In this document: piece after piece, positions 7,554 to 16,700 of the stretch
Layout: each line of letters starts with the position of its first letter
Numbering within the stretch: position 1 is the first letter of the stretch
DNA from: Phycisphaera mikurensis NBRC 102666
Lineage (GTDB): Bacteria > Planctomycetota > Phycisphaerae > Phycisphaerales > Phycisphaeraceae
Direction: 5' to 3'
Length of the DNA: 32,000 nt
NCBI RefSeq assembly: GCF_000284115.1
Contig: NC_017080.1
Span: 3,720,001-3,752,000 of the forward strand
The notes under the pieces: generated by a model
Told to the model about the DNA's origin: nothing
What the model saw: only the letters and a program-made list of their open reading frames with translations
Databases searched by the model: none
Position numbers and translations under genes: made by a program

Positions 7554-10235
7554 ATGGCTCTGCACCCCGACTTCCCTACCGACCCGCACGCGGTGCTCGA
7601 CCCGTCGGTCCGCTGGTTCCCCGCCGACGAGGCGCTCCGCGAGGTGGCCGCCAATCGACTGACCCCGCCGCTGGTGGCGGAGCTGCGGAAGAAGGTCCAG
7701 GCCTTCCGCGACTCCGGCTACGAGGGGGCGAGCGAGACGAGCCGTGCGCTGCTGCACTGGTGGTTCGTGGAGGAGCACCTGATCGCCCCGCACGACGGGC
7801 CGAGCTTCCGCTTCAAGTACTACTTCGCCCAGCGCGAGGCGATCGAGACGATCGTCTGGCTGACCGACGTGGCGAAGGTGCAGGACCCGGCGGACCTCCT
7901 GCGCTACGACGCGACGGGCGAGGTCTCCCGCAAGATGTTCGACGAGGACTGGCGGCGCTACATGGTGAAGATGGCCACCGGCAGCGGCAAGACCAAGGTG
8001 CTGAGCCTGGTGCTCGCGTGGAGCTTCTTCAGCAAGACCTACGAGGCCGACTCGCCGCTGGCGCGGAACTTCCTGGTGATCGCGCCCAACATCATCGTGC
8101 TCGACCGCATCCGCAAGGACTTCGAGGGGTTGACCATCTTCTTCCAGGACCCGGTGCTGCCCGAGAACGGCTTCCGGGGCCGGAACTGGCGCGACGACTT
8201 CCAGCTGACGCTGCACGTGCAGGACGACGTGCGCGTGCGGCAGCCCACCGGGAACATCTTCCTCACCAACATCCACCGCGTGTACGACGGGGCCGACGTG
8301 GAGGCGACGGCGGAGGACGAGGACACGATGGACTACTTCTTCGGCAAGCGGCCGACCGGGGCGACCAACGACAGCAAGGTGGACCTCGGCGAGGTGGTCC
8401 GCGACATCGACGAGCTGGCGGTGCTCAACGACGAGGCCCACCACGTCCATGACAAGAAGCTGGCGTGGTTCAAGTCGATCCAGGACATCCACAACCAGCT
8501 GGTTCAGAAGGGCGGCGTGCTCTCGCTGCAGGTGGACGTGACGGCCACGCCCAAGCACGAGAACGGGGCGATCTTCGCGCAGACGGTCTCTGATTACCCG
8601 CTGGTGGAGGCCATCGCCCAGGACGTGGTGAAGCATCCGGTGCTGCCCGACGCCGCGAGCCGGGACAAGCTGGAGGAGCACCAGACGACGCGCTTCACCG
8701 ACCGGTACGCCGACTTCCTGGAGCTGGGCGTGCTGGAGTGGCGGAAGGCCGCGGCCGAGCACGCGAAGGCGCGCAAGAAGGCGATCCTCTTCGTGATGAC
8801 CAACGACACGAAGAACTGCGACGAGGTGGCCGCCTGGCTGGAGCGGCACAACCCCGACCTCGCCGACGCGGTGCTGACGATCCACACGAAGAAGACCGGC
8901 GAGGTGAGCGAGGCGTCCAGCGGGAAAGCCGCCGACGAGCTGGCGGACCTGCGTCGCCAAGCCAACGGCATCGACCGGGCCGACAGCCCCTTCAAGGCGA
9001 TTGTCTCGGTGCTGATGCTTAAAGAGGGCTGGGACGTGAAGAACGTCACCACGATCGTCGGCCTGCGTGCCTACTCCGGCAAGAACAAGGTGCTGCCCGA
9101 GCAGACCCTCGGCCGCGGCCTCCGCAAGATGTACGGCGGCGGGCTGGAGGAGCGGGTGAGCGTGGTGGGCACGCCGGACTTCATGGAGTTCATCGAGGGC
9201 ATCCAGCAGGACGGCGTGGAGCTGGAGCGCTCTGCGATGGGCACCGGCACCCCGCCCGCGGCCCCGCTGGTGGTGGAGGTGGACACCGAGGACGAAAGCA
9301 AGGACATCGACGCGCTCGACATCGAGATGCCGGTCCTCGCGCCCAGGTACCGCCGCGAGTACCACAATCTCGGCGACCTGGACCCGGCGACGGTGCCGAT
9401 CCACCCCGTGACGTACCAGCGGTTCTCCGCGGAAGAGCAGCGGGAGATCGTCTTCAAGGACATGGCCACCGGCGGCGTGACGCACACCACCCGGCTGGAC
9501 GGGGCCGGCGTGGCCGACCACCGCCGCGTGCTCGCGTGGTTCACGCAGCGGCTGCTCACGGACCTGCGGCTGGTGAGCGGCTTCGACGTGCTCTACGGCA
9601 AGGTAAAGGCGGTCGTCCGCGACCGGCTCTTCGGCGGGACGATCGATCTGGAGGACCCGAACACGCCGCGGAACCTGTCCGAGCCGGCCGCGACCAAGTC
9701 GCTGCTGGACGCGATGACCAAGGGGATCAACGAGCTGACGGTGCAGGAGTCCGGCGACGCCGAGATCCGCGACACGATCAAGCTGCGGACCACGCGGCCG
9801 TTCATGGTGAAGAGCCAGGACTTCGTGGCGGCGAAGAAGAGCGTCTTCAACCGGACGATCGGGGACAGCGGGCTGGAGCTGCGCTTCGCCGAGTGGCTCG
9901 ACGGCTGCGCCGACGTCGCCTCCTTCGCGAAGGTCTACCTCGCGGTGCCCTTCACGCTCGACTACGTGAAGGCCGACGGCGACCTCTCGACCTACCGGCC
10001 CGACTTCTTCGTGAAGCTCACCGACGGCAAGAGGTACGTGGTGGAGACCAAGGGCCTCGAAGACGTGGACGTGGCCCCGAAGATGGCCCGACTGAAACAG
10101 TGGTGTGAGGACGTGGGCCACGCGAGCCCGCCGTGGGAGGTGGGCTTCGTCTACGTGGACGAGGACGGCTTCGACGAGCACCGGCCCAAGAGCTTCGCGG
10201 GGCTGGTGGAGGGGTTCCGGGAGTTTCAGGACTGA
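7554..10235 (+). CDS. Type III-like restriction enzyme Res: SF2 helicase plus PD-(D/E)xK nuclease
   Basis: 893 aa; MATGSGKTKV (Walker A), LNDEAHHVHD, VDVTATP, LKEGWDVKNVTTIVGLRAY...LGRGLRKM, C-terminal YRPDFFVKL...YVVETKG; start codon directly abuts the mod stop, SD GAAGGAG at the end of mod. Confidence 0.93.
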   Translation: MALHPDFPTDPHAVLDPSVRWFPADEALREVAANRLTPPLVAELRKKVQAFRDSGYEGASETSRALLHWWFVEEHLIAPHDGPSFRFKYYFAQREAIETIVWLTDVAKVQDPADLLRYDATGEVSRKMFDEDWRRYMVKMATGSGKTKVLSLVLAWSFFSKTYEADSPLARNFLVIAPNIIVLDRIRKDFEGLTIFFQDPVLPENGFRGRNWRDDFQLTLHVQDDVRVRQPTGNIFLTNIHRVYDGADVEATAEDEDTMDYFFGKRPTGATNDSKVDLGEVVRDIDELAVLNDEAHHVHDKKLAWFKSIQDIHNQLVQKGGVLSLQVDVTATPKHENGAIFAQTVSDYPLVEAIAQDVVKHPVLPDAASRDKLEEHQTTRFTDRYADFLELGVLEWRKAAAEHAKARKKAILFVMTNDTKNCDEVAAWLERHNPDLADAVLTIHTKKTGEVSEASSGKAADELADLRRQANGIDRADSPFKAIVSVLMLKEGWDVKNVTTIVGLRAYSGKNKVLPEQTLGRGLRKMYGGGLEERVSVVGTPDFMEFIEGIQQDGVELERSAMGTGTPPAAPLVVEVDTEDESKDIDALDIEMPVLAPRYRREYHNLGDLDPATVPIHPVTYQRFSAEEQREIVFKDMATGGVTHTTRLDGAGVADHRRVLAWFTQRLLTDLRLVSGFDVLYGKVKAVVRDRLFGGTIDLEDPNTPRNLSEPAATKSLLDAMTKGINELTVQESGDAEIRDTIKLRTTRPFMVKSQDFVAAKKSVFNRTIGDSGLELRFAEWLDGCADVASFAKVYLAVPFTLDYVKADGDLSTYRPDFFVKLTDGKRYVVETKGLEDVDVAPKMARLKQWCEDVGHASPPWEVGFVYVDEDGFDEHRPKSFAGLVEGFREFQD

Positions 10236-10258
10236 CGCGAGGAGAGCGGGAACGTGCG

Positions 10259-11308
10259 ATGACGAAGGCTTCGAAGAGGTTGATGAGCCCCGCGATGATC
10301 CGGGCGAGGGCCAATGTTGTGGCACTCGGTTACCGCGCGTCGGTCGTGGACCAGTGGCCGGATCGGCAAGTGGACGCCGCTTGGCGGCTCTTGCAACCGC
10401 TGTTCGTGCTGCGCGTGGCGACGCGGCTGAGCCCCCACGAAGCGGCCTGGCGGGACCAACTCAATGACGCGGTGGCTCGCAATCTCCCGCTGCTGAAGGG
10501 GTCGCAGGCGAACTGCATCGCTTGCGGATCGAAGGTCGGCTGGGGGAAGCTGAAGCGGCACCTGTTCGAACGCTGCCGCGCCGTGCAGGGGGCGACGCTG
10601 CGAGGAGGGACGGGCGGCAAAGCAATTCTTTCGGTGGCGGTAGAGGCTCCGCGGCCAGCGAAGCCGTCGCCTCGCGCGACGTCGGGACGTCGACGCAGAG
10701 AAGCACGGATCAGCACCTATGACGGCACCCGCGTAGAGGGCGACGACCCCGGAAGAGACCGAGGCACGGACCGGACACCGGACGGCCAGGACTCGCTCAC
10801 CATCACGTCCGCCGAGGAGAAAGCCGCGGCAACAGCCGGCCGGGCCTCCGGGCGTCACACCGCGCAGCAGTACATCACGCTCATCGACCAAGGCTACGAC
10901 GGCGACGAGGTCAAATCCTGGACCTTTTACCACGCGAAGAAGGTGCTTGACCACAACGCCACGCACGGCGTGCCGGCCTCGGCGAAGCGGAAGCGAGAGG
11001 AGCGGGAAACGCGGAGGGAGGCGATCCGGGCCGCGCTGGCCGCGGAACAGCGAGACGACAGGAGGCGCCCTACCTCTTCAATCGTCGGCCGAACGTCGGT
11101 CGCCATCAGGACTGGGTTCGCTCGATGCCCCAGCTGCGGCGTGGAACTCAAGCGCAAGAACCTGCGGGTCCACATGAGGAAGGTTCATCCCGTTCACGCG
11201 ACAGAGCTTCCACCCCCTCCGGCGGCTGGCCCGACGAAGAAGGCGAAGTCGAAGCGGAGGAAGCGGAAGATCATCAGGCACGGGCCACTCACCACGCCGA
11301 AGGAATGA
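10259..11308 (+). CDS. Hypothetical protein with two zinc-finger-like modules
   Basis: MTKASKRLMSPAMIRARANVV...; CIACGSKVGWGKLKRHLFERC and C-terminal CPSCGVELKRKNLRVHMRKVH; 23 nt after res. Confidence 0.7.
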   Translation: MTKASKRLMSPAMIRARANVVALGYRASVVDQWPDRQVDAAWRLLQPLFVLRVATRLSPHEAAWRDQLNDAVARNLPLLKGSQANCIACGSKVGWGKLKRHLFERCRAVQGATLRGGTGGKAILSVAVEAPRPAKPSPRATSGRRRREARISTYDGTRVEGDDPGRDRGTDRTPDGQDSLTITSAEEKAAATAGRASGRHTAQQYITLIDQGYDGDEVKSWTFYHAKKVLDHNATHGVPASAKRKREERETRREAIRAALAAEQRDDRRRPTSSIVGRTSVAIRTGFARCPSCGVELKRKNLRVHMRKVHPVHATELPPPPAAGPTKKAKSKRRKRKIIRHGPLTTPKE

Positions 11309-11403
11309 TCTTCGCGTGGGTGTGCGCAAGACGAGCGCGAGCGAAGGGTCCGCCTCTGCGGAGAATCTCGACCGCACCACGCGAGCGCTGTACGCCGCGG
11401 ATG

Positions 11404-11449
11404 CCGCGGACCGTCGCAGCAATCGGTAGGAAGGTTCAGCGGTCCGCGG
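11404..11449. repeat. 46-bp intergenic inverted-repeat element, copy 2
   Basis: CCGCGGACCG (11404-11413) - 26 bp - CGGTCCGCGG (11440-11449). Confidence 0.85.
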
Positions 11450-11484
11450 AAGCAGCCGCAACGCGAACCCGCCGCGGAGGACGC

Positions 11485-11880
11485 ATGCCACACGCTTTCG
11501 AGGAGATCCGCGACGCGATGCGGGAGTGGACGCCGGGGTTTCGGCCGGATTGGTTTCGGCGGAAGATGGGGGGCCAGCCGCCGGAGGGCGAGGAGATCCT
11601 CGCGGGCTTCGACGAGGCGTTCCCGCTGCTGTGCTTCACGGCTACGCGGATGCTGTTGGGGCGGCGGCGGGGCTTGTTCTTCCCCTCCTGCGACGTGACG
11701 AGCGTCCACTACCGGGAGGTGGCCGGCTTCGAGACGCTGGAGCGGGGCGGCGTCGGCCGCCTGCCGCTGCTGGTCGTCCGCGACACCGGCGGGGTGGAGC
11801 ACGACGTGATGCCTGGAGGCCGGGCGCACCTCCACGCGGCCGCCGCCTGCCTCACCCTCGGCGTGGAGTCGACGACCTGA
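11485..11880 (+). CDS. Hypothetical protein
   Basis: MPHAFEEIRDAMREWTPGFRPDWFRRKMGGQPPEGEEILAGFDEAFPLLCFTATRMLLGRRRGLFFPSCDVTSVHYREV...; ORF with balanced composition; no recognised family. Confidence 0.6.
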   Translation: MPHAFEEIRDAMREWTPGFRPDWFRRKMGGQPPEGEEILAGFDEAFPLLCFTATRMLLGRRRGLFFPSCDVTSVHYREVAGFETLERGGVGRLPLLVVRDTGGVEHDVMPGGRAHLHAAAACLTLGVESTT

Positions 11881-12051
11881 CCGCAGGTCCGCGGACCGTC
11901 GAGGGATCCCAGGGCCATCGCTTTCGGCTGCGAGCACCAGCAGTGGCTTCGGTCAGCACTCATCCGGAGCCACGAAGACCCCGAACGCGATGACCCTGCA
12001 ACGGGTTCTTGGTGAAACGCCCACGGTCCGCGGGTGCGGTACCTTTGCGGG

Positions 12052-12741
12052 ATGAGCGAGGCCGCTTCGGGTGGGCAGACCGTGGCGGGCCGGCTGCGGG
12101 CGGCTTGGGAGCCGGAGCGGGACCGGCTGCGGGCGGTGGACACGGAGCACCCGACGAACATCCGGGTGCACCGGGCGCTGTCGTGGCTGGACGCGGCGGA
12201 GGCGGCGGAGGCCGACGCGGAGGCGACGGACGAGCGGGTGCTGTTCCGGTGGATCGCGTTCAACGCGCTCTACAACCGGTGGGACGAGAAGCTCCTGCGG
12301 CCCTGCGGGGACCAGGACAGCTTCCGGGCTTTCCTCGCGGAGGCGGTGGCGCTGGACGCCGCGGGCGCGGTGGCGGGGATGCTGGAGGCGCACAAGCGGC
12401 TGGTGCTCACGCTGCTGGACAACAAGTTTCTGAAGGGGCAGTTCTGGAAGGATCCCTCGGTGGCGCGGTCGCTCCGCTGGACGCCGCACCGGCAGACGGC
12501 GCAGCAGCACTACGCGAACAAGCGGTGGGGCGAGCTGCTGGAGGCGGCTTTCGAGCCGGTCTACTTTCTGCGGTGCCAGCTCGTCCACGGCGCCGCGACG
12601 CGGCGGAGCTCGATGAACCGCGACGGCCTGCGGCACGCGGACGACTTCCTGCGGTGGGCGGTGCCGCTGCTGGTGGCGGTGGTGATCGACCGCGGGATGG
12701 ACGAGAACTGGGGGCCGCTGTGCTACCCGCCGCAGGTGTGA
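12052..12741 (+). CDS. HEPN-like protein (candidate RNase or abortive-infection domain)
   Basis: MSEAASGGQTVAGRLRAAWEPERDRL...FEPVYFLRCQLVHGAATRRSSMNRDGLRHADDFLRWAVPLLVAVV; RCQLVHG fits the R-x4-H HEPN signature. TACCTT at 12040-12045 is at -12..-7. Confidence 0.65.
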   Translation: MSEAASGGQTVAGRLRAAWEPERDRLRAVDTEHPTNIRVHRALSWLDAAEAAEADAEATDERVLFRWIAFNALYNRWDEKLLRPCGDQDSFRAFLAEAVALDAAGAVAGMLEAHKRLVLTLLDNKFLKGQFWKDPSVARSLRWTPHRQTAQQHYANKRWGELLEAAFEPVYFLRCQLVHGAATRRSSMNRDGLRHADDFLRWAVPLLVAVVIDRGMDENWGPLCYPPQV

Positions 12742-12767
12742 GCCCGCGGGGCGAGGCGGGGTGGAAT

Positions 12768-13087
12768 GGGTGCCACGCCGCTCGCGGGGTGGCGAGCGCG
12801 GGATGGCGTCGTGGCCCGGCCACCCCCAAAGGGGCGTGGCACCCGGCAAGATGGGGATCTGAAGTGGCCTTGTGGTTCGGCCACCCCCCGAGGGGCGTGG
12901 CACCCGGCGGGGTGGGACGGCAGGCAGAGCGGGTGAGGGCTGGGTGCAGGGTGCCACGCCGCTTGCGGGGTGGCGAGCGCCGGAGACCGTCGCGGTCCGG
13001 CCACCCCCCAAGGGGCGTGGCACCCGGCGGGCTGGCGGGTGCGGAGCGTTGTTGAGGTCCGGCCACGCCCCAAGGGGCGTGGCACCC
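12768..13087. repeat. Cluster A of nested palindromic repeats (GGGTGCCACGCC...GGCGTGGCACCC): two full (~77 bp) and two half copies
   Basis: Full copies 12768-12844 and 12949-13025; 3' half copies 12880-12905 and 13062-13087 (the last carries GCCACGCCCC-AA-GGGGCGTGGC, a perfect hairpin). Confidence 0.9.
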
Positions 13088-13112
13088 GGCGGGCGGGCGT
13101 ACAGATGGCGGC

Positions 13113-13694
13113 ATGAAGCTTCTCTCCGCCGCCGGCCTGTTCTGCGTGTTCGCCTGCCTCTGCCCCGACGCGGCGGCGGGCGGGTCGGCGGCGGAGGACG
13201 GCGTGTTCGTCGACTTCTCCGACGCCGCCGAGGCGGAGCGGTGGCGGGTCGTGAACGACGGCGTGATGGGCGGGGGGAGCGAGGGGGCGGTGAGCTTCGA
13301 AGGCGGGGTGATGACCTTCGCCGGGGAGATCGTCACCGACGGCGGCGGCTTCTCCTCGGTCCGCCGGGCGCTCGAGCCCGGCGTGCTCGCGGGCGCGGAG
13401 GCGGTGACGCTGCGCGTCAGAAGCGACGGCCGCGGGTACCGGGTGAGCTTCCGCGACGGCACCCGCGTGAGCTGGGGCGGCGAGGTGATGCACGCGGCGA
13501 GCCTCGACGCGGAGAGCCAGGAGTGGACGGAAGCCACCGTGCGCTTCGACGACCTCACCGCCAGCTTCCACGGGGAGCCCGCCGACGTGGAGCCCTTCGA
13601 CCCCGCCGCCGCGAACCAGATCGGCGTAATCCTGAGCGACGGGGTCGATGGGGCGTTCCGCCTGGAGGTGGAGTGGATCCGGGCGGAGCGGTGA
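13113..13694 (+). CDS. CIA30-family (complex I intermediate-associated protein 30-like) secreted protein
   Basis: Signal peptide-like MKLLSAAGLFCVFACLCPDAAAG then FSDAAEAERWRVVNDGVMGGGSEG...FYRVSF-type CIA30 text. Confidence 0.8.
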   Translation: MKLLSAAGLFCVFACLCPDAAAGGSAAEDGVFVDFSDAAEAERWRVVNDGVMGGGSEGAVSFEGGVMTFAGEIVTDGGGFSSVRRALEPGVLAGAEAVTLRVRSDGRGYRVSFRDGTRVSWGGEVMHAASLDAESQEWTEATVRFDDLTASFHGEPADVEPFDPAAANQIGVILSDGVDGAFRLEVEWIRAER

Positions 13695-13706
13695 GCCGAC
13701 GCGGCG

Positions 13707-13752
13707 CCGCGGACCGCGGGCGTACCGGGCGGTTTGGGCCGACGGTCCGCGG
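13707..13752. repeat. 46-bp intergenic inverted-repeat element, copy 3
   Basis: CCGCGGACCG (13707-13716) - 26 bp - CGGTCCGCGG (13743-13752); arms extend to 12 bp (CGCCGCGGACCG/CGGTCCGCGGCG); between convergent stops. Confidence 0.88.
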
Positions 13753-13761
13753 CGGGTCCGC

Positions 13762-16700
13762 TCAGACCGGCAGGATCTCGATCTTGTCGAGCAGCAGGCC
13801 GTCCTCGCGGAGCGCCACCTCCACGAGGTTGCTGCCCCCAAGCGGCGTGTACGCGCCGTTGAGCAGCACCGAGCGGGCGGACGTGTTGTCGTAGCCGTTG
13901 AAGGTCTGCCAGGCGCCGCCGTTGACGCGGGCGAAGAAGGAGTCGTCGTCGAACGCGGACGAGCCGGCGAGGAAGCCGACCGCCACGCGGAAGTCGCCGC
14001 GGCCGGCGCCGTCGAAGCTGAAGCGGACGGTGGGCGTGGAGGACGTCGGCGTGAAGACGACCGGCGAGGGCGTGCTGCCGTTGGGCACCACGCGGTAGGT
14101 CGCGGCGCCGACGGAGCGGACGACCCAGGCCGGGTCGGCCTCGGCGGCCTCGGCCTCGAGCACCAGCGTGCCGTTGCTGCCCCCGCCGATCGCGGTCCGC
14201 GGCGGCCCCAGCGGGCCGGCCTCGTACCCGGCGCCGGTGGGCATCGCGAAGAGGGACGGCTGGACGACCAGCTTGTCCAGCCGGGTGCCGTCCTCGCGGA
14301 ACAGGATCCGCACCTCGTGCCGCCCCGCGTCCAGCTGGAAGGGCCCGGAGGGGACGACGCCGTTCTGGTCCTGCGGGGTGGCCCACTGCCAGCCGGCGTC
14401 GGGCCGGATGCCGTTCCACTTCATCCAGCCGCCGCCGTTCACGCTGACCCAGAAGGAGTTGTCGGCGAAGGAGGGCGCCTGCACGCGGGCGAGCAGGTCG
14501 TAGGCGCCGGCGGTCCCGACCTCGAAGCCGTAGGTCAGCACCGGGTCGCCGGCGACCGGCGGGCCCATCCGCTGCACGCCGGCCTCGGACTCGATCCAGG
14601 TGGTGGTGCCGTCGGTGCCGGACCGCCAGCCCGGCGGCAGAATGGCCTCCTCGGCCTCGATCTGCACCACCTCCACCGCGGCGGCGCCGGCGGTCGTCAC
14701 CGTCATGGAGTCCAGGTTCGGGCCGGTGGAGTTGTAGGCCTGCAGGCGGACCGTGTGAAGCCCCGCGGAGAGGTCGACGCTGAGAGACGCCACGGCGTGC
14801 TTCGTCCAGCTCCCGGTGGGCCCCATCGCGAGCGTCCCCACGGAGACGCCGTCGACGAACAGCTCGGTGGAGCGGTCCTGGCCGCTGCCGTTGGCGTAGC
14901 GGAAGTCCAGCCGGGTGGGGCCGCCGGCGCCGGCGTCCACCGACTGCCACTGCACCGCCGAGGAGGTGCCCCAGTAGTCGACGGTCCCGCCGTCGGCGTC
15001 GGGGATCCCGTTCACCACGCCCGCCGCGGTGAGGCTCGCGTTCTCCGCCTGGTAGGTCACGGAATCCTCGACGGCGAAGCCTTCCCGGTCCTCGTCGGAG
15101 AGCGGCGCGTCGCCGTCGGGGACCGCGTGGACGAAGCCGTAGCCCGCGACACCCACGTACAGGTCGTCGACCTCCGTCGGCGAGGCGCTCAGGTAGTAGG
15201 GCTCGGCGTGGAGCCCGGCGGGAAACTCGGCCATCCGCTGCCAGTCGACGCCGGCGTTGGTGGAGCGGTAGATGCCCTGACGGCCCTCGAGCACGCCGCT
15301 CACGTAGAGCGTGGGATCGGTGGAGCCCGCGGCGGCGGCGCCCAGCGCCACCGAGAAGGTGCGGCCCCAGCCCGGCGACCTCTCCCACGTGGCGCCGCCG
15401 TCGGTGCTGTGCCACAGGCCGTTGCGGACGACCGCGCCGGCGTCGCGGCCGCTGGCGAACCACAGGTCGCCGGAGACGCCCGGCGTCGCGGCGAGCTGGG
15501 CGTGGAAGCCGTACTCGGGCAGCTGCGTGTTGTTGGTCGCTCTCTGCGTCCACGTTTGGCCGCCGTCGGTGGTCGACCACACGCCAAGCCGGTTGAGGTA
15601 CAGGTAGAAGGTGCCCGCGTCCACCGGGTCGGCAACGAGCAAGCGGCTCTTCACGTACGAGTTGAAGTGGCCGTGCTGGAAGCTGAAGCGTTGCCAGTCG
15701 GCGTCGCGCGTGTCCAGCGCGTCGAAGCTGGGGCTCTGCTGCCAGGTCGCGCCGTTGTCGAGGCTGAAGAAGGGCGCGTAGTCGTCCTTGGGCAGCCAGA
15801 CCAGGTTCGTCTCGGCGACGGTCTCGCCGGGGGCGCGGGTGCTCACCGCGAGGTTGCCCGCCGCCAGCGGGGCCGGGTGGGTGCCGCCGGCGACCGACGC
15901 GAAGCGCTGCCAGGTGGCGCCGCCGTCGGTGGAGTAGCCCGAGAACGTCGGGTACGCCGGGTCGTTGCTGTAGTTGCCGCCCTGGTAGTTGAAGCTCACC
16001 GCCGCGACGTAGTCGCGGTCGTTGGCGGGGGTGTCAACGCTGGAGCCGTTGGCGATCGGCGAGCCCTGCTGCAGGCCGATGGCGACCTGCGCCGAGCTCT
16101 GGGCGGGGTCGGTGATGAGGAAGGCGGTGCGGTCTTCGGCCGCGACCACCACGCCCGCGGAGGTGTGCACCGCGTCGCGGGCGACCATCATCTCGATGCC
16201 CACCGAGTCGGACACCCACGTCACGCCGTCGCCGTCCTGGGCCTCGGTGGGCTGGTCGGCGGAGGTGTTCCACACGCCGATGCCGCTGCTGACGGTGAGG
16301 CGGTCGGGGCGGAAGGGGTCGATGCTCAGCTGCGCCGTGGAGAAGTAGTCCTCGGTGGTGACGGCGAGCCACGGCGTGTCGGGGCTGGCGCGGAGCGCGC
16401 GGCCCATGCGGTCGAACGTGACGCCGCCGTCGGTGGAGCGGTGCAGCGTGCCGTCGTTGCTCATCGCGAAGATCCGCTGCGCGTCGAGCGGGTCCACCGC
16501 GGCGGTGACGATGCGGTCGGGGTAGGCCTCGGTCCAGCCGTTGGCCGCGACCCCGCCGGGCAGCCGCGTGATGCCGCCGTAATTCTCGCTGATGTAGACC
16601 GTCCCGTCGGGCGTGAGGTCGATGTCCTGGAAGAAGGTGCCGTCGACGGCGGTGCCGTCGGAGATGTTGGCGAAGCTCTGCCCGCCGTCGAGCGACTGGA

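Noticed and set aside
6357-10325. 1322-aa minus-strand ORF opposite mod/res (also 21743-25876 minus, 20557-24066 plus, 13648-17613 plus)
   Set aside because: Antisense shadow ORFs typical of high-GC DNA: His/Arg/Gly-rich peptides with no domains, opposite genes with clear motifs.
11889-11934. Further full copy of the 46-bp element starting at 11889
   Set aside because: Left arm perfect but the expected right arm at 11925-11934 is CGGCTGCGAG (about 4/10 match); kept only as a solo site.
12407-15580. 1057-aa minus-strand ORF crossing several genes and repeat cluster A
   Set aside because: Spans the palindromic arrays and a reading-frame shadow of the 13762-17505 gene; composition is non-protein-like.
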